From positions 1,536,001-1,600,000 of the forward strand of contig CP000068.1 of NCBI GenBank assembly GCA_000002445.1: a stretch of DNA of 64,000 nt. Reading direction: 5' to 3'. The translations under genes and the position numbers were made by a program. Origin of the DNA: Trypanosoma brucei. Lineage: Eukaryota. Positions 24,361 to 35,159 of the stretch are shown here, piece by piece (position 1 is the stretch's first letter; every line of letters starts with the position of its first letter). The notes under the pieces were generated by a model. It made no database searches. It was not told where the DNA came from and saw only the letters and a program-made list of their open reading frames with translations.

Positions 24361-25355
24361 CTACTGGACACACCGGCCGTTGTTAGCGTCCTTGTTTCCT
24401 TTGCGTCCACACCAGGGGCTGCCAATGCCACTGACCGTCCCAAGTATATGCTGCTGTTGCGCGTTTCCTCCTTTTTTCCTGTTTATTGACTGTCTGAAGT
24501 TGGCCCAGGCTATTTGAACTTCTAGTGGATTGAGTTTGCCTGGGCTTCCAAATTCAGTGCATTTGCTTAGCAGTTTGTCTGCTGCAGTCTTATCGTTTAC
24601 GTTGGAGCTCCAGTTGTCGTTCGTCACGGTGCTTTCTAGGCTGACACCGCATGCTTTTTTCGTGCCTAAGTTCAGGTGGTCTCGCCCCGCGCATAGACAA
24701 AGCAAGTCGGTGGCTATTGAGTTTCCCGCTTTGTTGTTTGCTCCCCCATCCTTTTCTGAGCACGCCTGTGCCCGTGTCGCGTGGCCTATCATCGCCGGTT
24801 TGCTTCCCGTGTTTCCGGCTCCATATAGTGCTTCTTCTGCTAGTGCGGCTGCATGCTCAGCTGACGATTTTGGTGGCTTATTCGCTGTGTTGAAAGCTTC
24901 GAGCGCTCGGTCGGCCGCTTGCCTAATGTGCTCCACTGTTTTGGGTGAGTGCTTTCCTGCCGTCCATTTTTCTATCGTTTCTTTAGACTTTTGTAACTCT
25001 TGTTTTGCTGCTTTGTAGAAAGGCCAGATTGATGCCTTGTTTTCCAGTGTCTTGCGTTGGTCTTCTGTTAGCCATGCCCATTCCTTTGACGTGTCTATGG
25101 CTGTTACGAATATTTTGGCAAGATGCTTAGATTTAGCGCACCGATGTATACGGAGGTGGGTACCGATGCCTTTTTGATTGGGGGTGCCTCGATGGCGGCC
25201 CTTTCTAAGTTTGCAATGTTGCAGAGAGAGAGCGGAATTCTGCTGTATTGTTGTGTGTCTGACTAGTGAGCACCATGTACCTGTATAAATTTCACCAGCA
25301 CCGCGAGTGTCACCATTGCTAGTACCTCCTCTGAACTCAGTGGTATCATGACCAT
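24361..25355 (-). pseudogene. VSG: 3'-truncated VSG fragment (H): N-terminal domain only, directly abutting cassette G with no 70-bp repeat or 3'UTR of its own
   Basis: ORF 24361-24936 (AALAEEALYGAGNTGSKPAMIGHATRAQACS and IATDLLCLCAG) aligns with the N-domain of cassette I (ALTKALYGETGNSKN and IALDILCLCGK). Upstream, with stops, the signal-like sequence MVTLAVLVKFIQVHGA lies near 25314. Confidence 0.65.
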
Positions 25356-26597
25356 CTGAGCCTCCGCTCAGTGATCTTGCCTAGTGATAGACAGATGGGT
25401 TGAGATATGGCCACAATAACCTGTTTTATGAGAATTTTCCCTTAATACTCTAGTTTTTATGTTATACCTGCTAGTAAATTTTTAAAGCCTTTTGCCATTA
25501 AGCTATAAAACTCTTATATTTTTTCCATCAACCGCATTTTCTACTTCTATAATATGTTGAACACCTTTATGGATATAAAACTTCAATTTTTTATACTTGT
25601 TAAGCATTGACACTGTCCATAAACTATTCACCATTACATGCCGATTTTACAACAATATACTGCTGTTTTTTACAAACAACGGTCCTTGGCAGTTTCTCTT
25701 TCGAATTATAGAATATTTTATACCTATTTCTGTTTGTATATCGCAAATCTTTTCCAAGCCGAAATGTCTTTGGCTCTACACTTCCTTTGGTTGCTGCATT
25801 AAAGCCGGATCAGCAATAAAATTCATATGAATTCTGCTCTCTTTCAATACCGTCATATTTTCAGCAGTATACTAGTAAGAAATTGGTGGTATATCATCAC
25901 TGACTTTTTTGATTCATAGAGATCTTCTAACGATTCATATATTTGTTATTTTTAGTATTTTGCTTGTTTGTGTTATTCTTTTGTCGTAAGGAACAATCCA
26001 TTAGTCGTTATTGCTTTAAAAGTAGCACCCGATAATATCATATTGTTTCCAACAAAAATTAACCACTGTTACTATATCAGATGAGAAGAATAATTCGAGA
26101 TTACCTCACAGTTACTCATTTTCTTTTTGTTACTTCCTCTTCCTAACATCTTGATATTAGAATCCGCCATTAGTGTGAAACCTACATTCGCCAACATCAT
26201 CTCTTCGATAACATTTACCCATTTTCAATAAATACAGATTATTATCGGCTCCTTCTGTTGTATTATTTTTTCTCTGTGATGTGCTTTCGTTCATCTCATG
26301 ATTTCACTACTTATTTTCCTTTCTTATCTTTCGTATTCTGTTACTGTTTCTGCGTATGAAGTAGCAACGTTTTTGTATTTTATACTGCACTCTGTGTTTC
26401 CATCAACTCCTTGTGTATGATAATGCTAATCATCATGTTTTATCTCACGTGAGCATATTTTGTTCCTTTCACTTTATGAAAATTACAGTCTTTCTTTTAA
26501 TAATACTCCTCGTATTTACTCACACCCATTTCGTTCCCATCGCTGTTTTAAGTGTCTTTACTTTTGACCAACCACTTGGGCTTCGCTACCATTCTTC

Positions 26598-26665
26598 CAA
26601 TATTGTTAGTATATTTACACTCACAACACATCACTATAACAATCACAATTACTATTAAAACCATA
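26598..26665 (-). repeat. degenerate 70-bp repeat
   Basis: The plus strand reads tagtatatttacactcacaacacatcactataacaatcac. Confidence 0.6.
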
Positions 26666-26791
26666 ATTTACTCCAATATACATAAAATAGAAGAAAAAGA
26701 AGGAAACTTTTCATACCCTATTACTTTACAACTACGTGCCATTAACATAATAAATATTGAAATATTCAAAAAGTTTTAAAAGTTTACAAAA

Positions 26792-26807
26792 GTGTTAAAA
26801 TATATCA
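26792..26807 (-). promoter_or_regulatory. VSG 3'UTR 16-mer (perfect)
   Basis: The plus strand reads gtgttaaaatatatca. Confidence 0.85.
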
Positions 26808-26851
26808 GACACTTGAAAAATAGCAAATTTTATAAAATTGGGAAACAATCC

Positions 26852-28297
26852 TTAAATATTTGCTCCTAAGGTCAAAAATGCAAGCAGAATAGGGTCCTTA
26901 TGAATGACAAAAGAATTGCTCCATGTGGTGTTTGTTGTTTTCTCTTTTTTTCCTTCTTGATTTTCTGCTGCCTCTCTGTCTTCTGCTGCTTTCCCTTCCT
27001 CACTCAATGTGCACTTTTGGCCGGCTGGCTTATTTTCATCGAATGTGCATCCTGTTTTCTTTCCACATTCAGTTTTATCATCTCCTGCTTTGTTGCACTC
27101 TTCATCCGCTTTGTTTTGTCTATTTGATTGGGCATCGCCGTCGTTTTTGCTATTTAGTAATGTCGTCATGGCCGGTACTGTGTCTTCTAGCAAATGCGTA
27201 ACGGTTAGGTTTAGCATGTGGATTCGTTGGTTTAAAAGCTTAAGTGTATGCTGATGTTTTTCGGCTTCCTGTAGTGTGCTGCCTGCGCTTGTTAGCTCTT
27301 TTACCCATGGGATGCCTTGGAGGCCGTTTTGTAGTTGCGCTGTTTGGTAAGCAACACATGGTCCGTGGGTGCTGGTGGCGTCGCCGCTGCAGCCTCCGGC
27401 TCCGGTGCCTTCGAGGTAGCCCAGTGTATTGTGGAAGTCACGGTTTGTTCCTTTGGATTTTGCCATCCGCGCTGCGAATCGGCTAAGGGCGGCGTTGATT
27501 GCCGCCGGGCTTAAGCCGAGTGAAGGCTTCTTGGTGTTGCATTTTTCTATGATGGCGTTGAAAAGTGTGGTCGGGTCGGCGTTTGGTGTCCAGTCGTTAT
27601 CTAGTTCGCCCCTGGTCAATTGTTTGCCGCATGCCGTGTTCCCCCTTGCCTCTCCGCTATGTTTGCCGCAAAGACATAATATGTCGAGGGCAATTGAATT
27701 ACCTGCGTGGCTCCCACCTTTTTTGTTGCTGTTGCCGCAGCCGCTAGCCCGGTTCGTGTCTGGCAGCCTTGCATTTTTGCTATTTCCAGTCTCGCCGTAG
27801 AGCGCTTTGGTTAGGGCAGCAGTGACGGCTTCAGCTTTAATTTGCTGCGCCTCATTTTTGGCCGTTTCGCTGATCTGAAATGCGACTTCTGCCGCCTGGA
27901 TTAACTTTCGCTTTGCCGCTGTCGTTAGTTGCCGTCGTCGTACTTCTGCATAAGATTTTTTGTCTTGCCCGTGGCTAACCTCTAGCACATTTTTTAGAAA
28001 CGCGTATTTGCTAGGTTTGCCGTCCGCCGCTTCTTTCATTGAGGCATTGGAATCACTGTAGTCCTTTTTTAGATCGATCTTGCTTATAAAGTCGGCGTTT
28101 GCAAGAGATATATTTATCACCCCAATTGTGGCTGCTATGTCTTGGGTATCATCGACGGCTGGCACTAGATTGACTTTGCTTTTGGCTAGCGCCGTTAGTT
28201 CGCAGAGAACCTCAAAATCTTCTTGATTCTCTCCCCCACTTATGACTCCATAGACCTGTAGTCTCGCTGTTATCAGAAAGACAACTATTGAAAACAT
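26852..28297 (-). CDS. VSG: VSG (cassette I), an uninterrupted 481-aa ORF with an atypical GPI-signal tail
   Basis: The signal peptide is MFSIVVFLITARLQVYGVIS. The N-domain contains LCLCGKHSG and the C-domain contains CTFDENKPAGQKCTLSEEGK. The tail reads NTTWSNSFVIHKDPILLAFLTLGANI followed by a stop. A 16-mer lies 45 nt downstream. Confidence 0.85.
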   Translation of the reverse strand: MFSIVVFLITARLQVYGVISGGENQEDFEVLCELTALAKSKVNLVPAVDDTQDIAATIGVINISLANADFISKIDLKKDYSDSNASMKEAADGKPSKYAFLKNVLEVSHGQDKKSYAEVRRRQLTTAAKRKLIQAAEVAFQISETAKNEAQQIKAEAVTAALTKALYGETGNSKNARLPDTNRASGCGNSNKKGGSHAGNSIALDILCLCGKHSGEARGNTACGKQLTRGELDNDWTPNADPTTLFNAIIEKCNTKKPSLGLSPAAINAALSRFAARMAKSKGTNRDFHNTLGYLEGTGAGGCSGDATSTHGPCVAYQTAQLQNGLQGIPWVKELTSAGSTLQEAEKHQHTLKLLNQRIHMLNLTVTHLLEDTVPAMTTLLNSKNDGDAQSNRQNKADEECNKAGDDKTECGKKTGCTFDENKPAGQKCTLSEEGKAAEDREAAENQEGKKEKTTNTTWSNSFVIHKDPILLAFLTLGANI

Positions 28298-28669
28298 GTC
28301 TCTATTTATTGCTGGCCTTGTTTCGTTAAATCTTTAATGTAACAAAAGCCTCTCAGACTGCAGGTGGGTTGATTATGCAAGGATGCTTGATGATTTGCAT
28401 TACTATTTTTAGGTATTATATTGCTACAATGTCTTTTTTGGCGTGGACCCTCCGGTGTAGTACATCCTATAGACAACAACCCGTCCTTACACAGTCATTA
28501 CAACAACTCCAGTGTCGCTTTATGTTGCTTATTATTTTTATTTTCGCTTTATATGGTCCACTGGCGTACATTAAAAATTTAAAGAGTGAAATTTGGCTTT
28601 GCTTTCAGTTTGGGGATGACTAACTTAGGATCTACAGGTCCTGTTCCGTCGGTATTTATCCATTCTTGT

Positions 28670-29171
28670 CCCTGGCGATGCCGGCCACATCAATGTTGTG
28701 CCAGGGTCCAGTACCCCGTATCATCGAGGGAAGCCAAAAGCTAGCAGCGTTCCTTTCATGGGGAACACTGCTTTGCTCCGACTACGGCATCATACAGCAC
28801 AGGAATCAGCAGCGTCTTGCTCGGACACCATTTTTCATTTGTCTGTCCCTGGACACGTTGCTAGCATGCCATCAGCAGTATCATCCGCACTAAGATGCTG
28901 CTGTCCGGTGATGTGGAACTCCAAAAAAAGGATTGCCAATTGACATCTTTGGGAGAGTCCAGGGTGGGAGGCTTCTCGCCCCATCTGCTGTATTCCGTTC
29001 ATATGCGGAAATACAACAAAAATTATAGAGGGTGTGTTAGGATGAATAAAAAAGGGAGACTCTGCCACAGTCGCCAGACCGATAGCATCTCAGGGCTCTA
29101 CGGTGATGGCTGATAGCCGCGACAGTGGGGGGAAACTCCCACGAAGGCACGAAGAAAATTCCAAAAAAGAA
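28670..29171 (+). mobile_element. RIME: RIME (ribosomal mobile element, a truncated ingi-type non-LTR retroposon) of about 500 bp, with a target-site duplication
   Basis: The 5' end reads ccctggcgatgccggccacatcaatgttgtgccagggtccagtaccccgtatcatcgagggaagccaaaagctagcagcg. This matches the conserved 77-79 nt hallmark shared by ingi, RIME and L1Tc. The 3' end is A-rich (ccaaaaaagaa). The sequence atccattcttgtcc is repeated at 28658-28671 and 29172-29185. Confidence 0.8.
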
Positions 29172-30770
29172 ATCCATTCTTGTCCGTCCTTTGCGCTGAT
29201 TCCGCCAGGTAAATCGCTGTGTTCTCATTGGCCATGTTCTCGGCCATTTCGTAGATGTCTGTTATTAATACTGAAGCAACGTCCTCGTAACCTTGGTTTT
29301 TGATTGTCTGATTAGCTTGGGTTGCAGTTTTATTGTTGCGCAGCTGCTGGCGCCAGCATCGTTGCAGTGACTTGAATGGGTTGACTTTTAACTACGCGTA
29401 GATTTTGGGACAGACACTGAGGCTGTTCAGGTTCTGGCCGCTGCGTGCGTGTGAGTGGAATGATAAAAATGCTGCTTTGGCTGCTGGTCTAATGTTCTGC
29501 TCTATTTTGTGGTTGCTGACCCAAAAGATGTGGTAATTCTTATTTCTGGATTTTTCTTGAAGTATAAACGTTACACTACGAGTTACAAGATGTGTTTGTT
29601 ATGTACAGGCCTTCTGTTGTTGAACTTTTCGCTCGACTATGTGCCTAGCTCTGGTGCTTCCTCCTGTGTAGTAAGTTAATCTAGAAGCTAAAGTTTTGAG
29701 ATATGTGCAAAGCATTCGTTTGCGTGGGTGGTCGGCATATTTCTTTATTTCGCGAAAAAGTCTAATTTGTACGTAGAGAAGACAGCTGTTCTGTTCCTGC
29801 ACTCCGGTAAGAAACATTCGTAGATCGATCGTATAACGTGTAAGGCATTTCGAGTAAAGAGAAAATAGAAGGGATACTACCGCGCGGTTGTATCAAAAAA
29901 TATATATTAAATAAAGTACGGAGTAGAGTTGAGGAATTTTCACCTTAACATCTAATTTATAGCATGATATATATATTTATATATAAATTATCTAACATTT
30001 GTAGTCAGTATAGACTTGTAGAAAAGTTCAACTGCTGTTGTACTGGTTCTTCTGCAATAACGATATAAAGCTGACGTTTCACCCTTGCGCACAGCCTTGA
30101 GAATTTAGTACCATCTTCCTATATTATTCTCTCTCTTTCCCTCCTCCTCATAAATTTCTGGCTTGAATGTACTTGTTACTTTTGTATTTGCCCCATATAG
30201 TTCTTCAATCAAACTTCACCATGTATTTTTATATGAATCAGCCGTTACCTTAATAGGATAAAAGTTTTTTTCAATGATTTAGTATGGGAGCGGTGGAGTA
30301 TCATTACAAACTTTCTGTGCTCCACAAATGTTATCTTCGGTCTCCAATGTGTGGGTTCTTATCATTCAATTATTCCTCTTCCTTTAGTCATTCTCCGCAG
30401 GCTCTGCTGTTTTTAATACCGCGGATAACGTAAAGACATCACTTGTCGTGCACACTGCACTCTGCGTCTCAATAATTCTCCACTACATCGTCCCCTAGTA
30501 TATAATGGAACAAAGAACCATATGTGTGTTTTAAACTGTGCATATTCCATATTTCTTCATTCCATATCACTTTATGCCTTTCTTCCTTACCTTTAATATT
30601 CTTCGCTCTGTTCTACTTACTGTTTCATTTACTTACATCCAATATACCATTTATATTTTACAGCGCTTCTATTTTAACTATCCATTTCATCTCAACCACA
30701 ACTGTTATTAAAACATTAGTGTACTCACACCCTCAGCACATTCAATCATTATCATCACCATTTCTCTCTC

Positions 30771-30840
30771 TTATTAAAATATTTGTATATGCACACTCAC
30801 AACACTCTCCTATCATCATCATTATTGTTATTTTTGCTAT
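30771..30840 (-). repeat. 70-bp repeat, about 1 copy
   Basis: The plus strand reads atttgtatatgcacactcacaacactctcctatcatcatcattattgtt. Confidence 0.8.
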
Positions 30841-31089
30841 CGTGACTGCTCTTATTCATGAAATGAATAAAAGACAAATTAATTCAGAATAGTACTCAGT
30901 TTTTGCGCACTTTTACCTTAATACTTTATACCTACAGGCCACTTTAATACACATATTTCACATTGTCGAGTTTTTCAAAATCTGCGCATTTTGCAGATGT
31001 TTAAGAAAGCGTTAGAATATGTCAAGTTTTAGAAAATTTTACAAACTCCATAAATATCATAAAAATGAGCAAAAATCCTTTAAATATTA

Positions 31090-32546
31090 CTGAACTCACA
31101 AAAGCTTCGGCCATCGGAGCCAATTTCTTATTTAAGAGAAAACTGGAATCTTTTTTCAAGTTTCACCTTCTCACTTACAATCTGGAGACTTGCAATCCTC
31201 TTGATTTTTCTTAGGGGAGAACTTCTTGCCTTCCGCATTTGGTGTCTGTCCTGTCCGTGCTTTAACTTTGCATTCCCTTTTTTCTGAGTCATAATCGCAT
31301 TGTTCGCTTGGGCAATCGCTGGGGGTTTTGTTTTGCGGTTTGCATTTATTCTGCCGCTGCTTGTTTTCTTCCTTTTGTCCTGCCGCTGAATGGTTGCCAC
31401 TTTCTATGAGGATTTCCGGCTGTCGCGTGTATTCCCTGGCTATATCCTCCCCTAATTCTGTTAATTGCTGGGCTAGTGCTGTTGCTGCAGTATCTGCTCG
31501 CTTATATTGGCGATAGAGTTTGGCTGCTGTGCGCAGCTGTTCCACCCAGGGTACTGCCGCTAATCCTTTGCTGTTTGATGCAAAATATGTTGTATATGCG
31601 ATGCATGCCGCTGAATCTGATGCCGTGCACGCTGTTGTGTGGCTGGTTACTAACAAATGAACAGATGCACCGTATTTGCGGCTTCCGATGTGCGCCTCGA
31701 GAGTGGCGAGTGTTGTGTCGATCGCTTGCGCCAAATCTTCGTCATCGGTAATTTGAGGACAGGAGGAAGCTATTTTGGCGACTGCTGTCGTTTGTATGTT
31801 GGCTCCGTTAATAATTTGTGTGCCGGCCGATATTCCGCAGACGTAGATTGCGGCTGTTGCACAAACGCAGATTATGTCGTTTGCTAGGCTTTTGCCGTTT
31901 TGTCCTGTCGCAGACTGAGCTGTTTTGGCTGCCGCCGCCGTTAACTCCTTGCATTGCTTTTTTTCCGTGTCATAGGCATGTTCTGCCGTCCCGCATTTTG
32001 CTTTTTGTAGTGCAGATTCTATTGCCTGTCTTTTGTCGGCGGCTGTCGCTGCTGCCTGGACTGCTAGCTTGCGGACCTTGGTTTTGGCTGCCGCGGCCAG
32101 TCGGTTAATGTGCCTGACTGAACTACGGTCCGGCTTGCCGGCCGGGTTGTGTGAGGATTGGCTTTAGGCCACGGGTCAGTCGGTATCTTCGTTTCCTTTC
32201 TGCCTCTTTTCCAGATCGGCCAGTATTGTTCCCATTCGAGCTTGTTTTCTTTCGCTTTTAGAGTAATCGCCATCTTGGCCCATTCCCCGTCTGCGCCTTC
32301 CGTGTCGAAAAGTTGCTGCCAGTCTGTGCTAGACACTGACATGTTATAGTTTTGAATGTCCTGATAGGTCGTGCCTCCTGTTGCGTCGACTGTTGGTGGC
32401 GGCACTTGCGTTTCTGTTAGCCGCCATAGCCTGCAAAACGTCTGGAACAGCGCGGCGTTTTCGTTTTGTTCCGGCGCTGCTGGCTCACACGTGCTCGACA
32501 TATGAAGAAATGCCGCGCTGACAACCAAAAATATATTCGCTGACAT
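31090..32546 (-). pseudogene. VSG: VSG pseudogene (cassette J) with frameshifts in the middle and a lost stop
   Basis: The N-terminal ORF, starting about 32546, reads MSANIFLVVSAAFLHMSSTC with NENAALFQTFCRLWRL and WEQYWPIWK. The C-terminal ORF at 31171-31734 contains CKVKARTGQTPNAEGKKFSPKKNQEDCKSPDCK. The 3' end encodes DSSFLLNKKLAPMAEAFV. Confidence 0.8.
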
Positions 32547-33019
32547 GGTTTTTGTTGGCTTTGAATATAAGCATTCGGGAGGGAATTTAGTTTGTGGCGT
32601 TTCTTCAGGGTACACTTTCTTCTTAATTAATTGTTTCCAAGTTTTATATGGGGTTTTTAAAATAAATTTTATGTTCACCATTCGGATATACAATGTTTAT
32701 GTGTAATTGTTTAGTGTTGAGACTGAGGCTTGTCTTTTTAAAATTGCTTAATTTTTGTGTAGTGGCTGCAATTTTGTAAAGACACAGGTCAAACGATCAG
32801 TTGTGAGTTGGCTGCTTTACACTTCCCTATCTACCACACGCTGGCAGTTCTAGTTTGCGTCCGGCTTCGAGTTGCATTCTAATGGCTACGTTCTGTGAAA
32901 TGCCACCCTTTACAGCTGCCTCTTGTTAGTCGCTGTTAAAGTCCACGGCTGCTACTTCCATGATATTCCCAGGAACCCAACCTTGTTTTTTGTCACAGCC
33001 TACTTTCTCTCATCGTTGC

Positions 33020-34199
33020 TTATTTGCTGCCTGACATTGTGCTTTTGATCCTTAGTTGTGGAAGTAACTTAACATACCGGCTAAACTTTGAAGTATTTAA
33101 ATAGCACAAAGTTGTGCTACTTGTGGTTGAACTTATCTTAAAATAACAATTTCGGCTCTCGTTGGCGCCACCACGGCCAAGAAATAAGTTTTTTTGCCGG
33201 AGTCGAGTACCGGCCTCCATGAACGCTATCGTTTCAAAGTTTATTTGGTTTAAATAAATCCCCCTTTTTGAGCGCATAACCACAAATTCTTTCATATCGA
33301 AAATCCCAATTCTCTCCACCTACTACATAAGTTTCTATTTTTCCCATATCCTTCGAATTAAGTTGTCTTCCTTTCAACTCTTTATACCAAGTAAAATTTT
33401 TCACAATCAATTTCGTCTTCTCCTCCAACGCAATAGGCTGACCTGGAAAATGAATAAATGGAGCCCCTCCAATCACCACAATACTGGGAACAGTAAATAA
33501 TATCTCCTCATAATCCAATCCAATCATTCCTCTCTTCAAAACAAATCTCTGTCCAACAGCTTCGTCCTGAATGACACTCCATATTAGCAACGGTTTGTAA
33601 ATACTCTGCTCTGACTACCATTTCTCACCCCCTTTAAGAAATTCTCCAAATATGAATTCAAATTTATTAAATGCCCAAACTCTGGTTATTATACCGTCAC
33701 CATTAAGATAAGGTTTGTCACTAAGGGGTGACTTCAGTGAGCGAGGTAGCTTCTTATTCTATTTCTTTCTATGGCAAACATTAAAAACACAATATATCTC
33801 TCCATTGCTTTATGTGATCTGAATTCAAAATTAAGTCCAACTGAGGCGCATAACATTCTGATATTGTCATGAATATAATAGGGGAAATTTGCTTCTCTTT
33901 TACTATATCTTCTCTACTAAACTTCTCTTCATTTTCTGAACTTTTTTGTATAAAATATTCCACAGCATTTTCATATTTTTCTCCTTATCACTAACAATGA
34001 CTTCATATCCATCAAAAGTTATCACAACATCTCCATCACTTGCATTCTTACTTTCTAAGAATTCTATTACCCATCTAGACGTCTTAACAAGGCTATGCAA
34101 ACCTCCTATTTCAATTGTAATAATTTCAGCATGGCTTAGTTTGGCACTCAATATGAGTCTACACCATCCTTGTGTTGCATGAGTTTGAACGACAACCAC
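33020..34199 (-). other. cluster of four short non-VSG ORFs of unassigned family; possibly a decayed gene
   Basis: The four ORFs are minus-strand collinear (34199-33903, 33963-33781, 33590-33234, 33319-33020), with no VSG motifs. There is weak local resemblance to the GT31 pseudogene: SIVVIGGAPFIHFPGQ vs YLVVAGIPSIDNDGRF, and EIGGLHSLVKTSRWV vs TIGYASTLSRDVV. No motif is conclusive. Confidence 0.25.
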
Positions 34200-34809
34200 A
34201 AACGCTCTTGTGTTCTTATGTTTGTTGTCTATTAAATTTGTTATGTTATTTACTTTATCATATTAAAGAGATATTGAGGTTATACACAATAAATGTAATA
34301 GTGGCGTTAATAGGACAGTTCCTAGGATACCAAATTTCATTCCCTAACATACTAATAAAATTTGATATGTTATAAGGAAATGTAAGAATTATTAATAAAA
34401 AAGCTTGTAGTGCTACTAATCTGTTTGCTTATATAATTAATGCATCTGTAATGTTATGATATATCTGTTACAATTTGTTTGTTTAGTATGTTTAGCTTAT
34501 ATTTTAACACAAATGTGTGGTTTCTGTTTTATAGGTTATAATTGGCCACATGCGGCGCCGCTGCCTTTTTAAATCTAGTCTTCCCTGCATTGATAACCCA
34601 TGTCTATGCATTGTTATTGGAGTTACAGTAGTTTGTTGCACTGATTAATTCGAATATGCTAATAATTTTATCGCCTTAGTGTGCAAAATACTACAACCAT
34701 TTACTACTATCAAGTTCCTCCCATTAGCATGATTTTGCGATACACTTCTACTGTTGTCGTTGAAATAATCTCCTCCGTAGATTTTATTACATTTTGAGTG
34801 AAGGTTAGG

Positions 34810-34848
34810 GCACGAAACGCTCCTGTCATCATCATTATCATTATTACC
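34810..34848 (-). repeat. truncated or degenerate 70-bp repeat remnant
   Basis: The plus strand reads cacgaaacgctcctgtcatcatcattatcattattac, immediately followed by the conserved element at 34849-34930. Confidence 0.5.
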
Positions 34849-35159
34849 CTAACTAATATCCATAAAATAGAGAAAAAATATAATTATATTAGTACTCATT
34901 TTTCATATCCTATAACACTATTGCTTTCAATATATTTGACACTTTCGTTCCCAAATTTCGTATTATCAGACTATTTTCACTAATCTTAGCATATTTTCAT
35001 TACAAATTGTTAAATCTTTAAACTTTAGAAAATTTCCTATGATTTCATTAAATTAATCAAAATTTCTTGAAATACTTTCAAAAATCACAAAGGAATAGTC
35101 CATGAAAACAAATATGTTATTTAAAAAACTAGAAACTTTGCACTTGCCTTCTATCAATT

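Noticed and set aside
24152-24373. N-terminal extension MCPVERCPF... preceding the VSG G start in ORF 23873-24373
   Set aside because: It is fortuitous read-through of the short spacer between fragment H and cassette G. The true VSG start is the internal METLFTVW at 24151.
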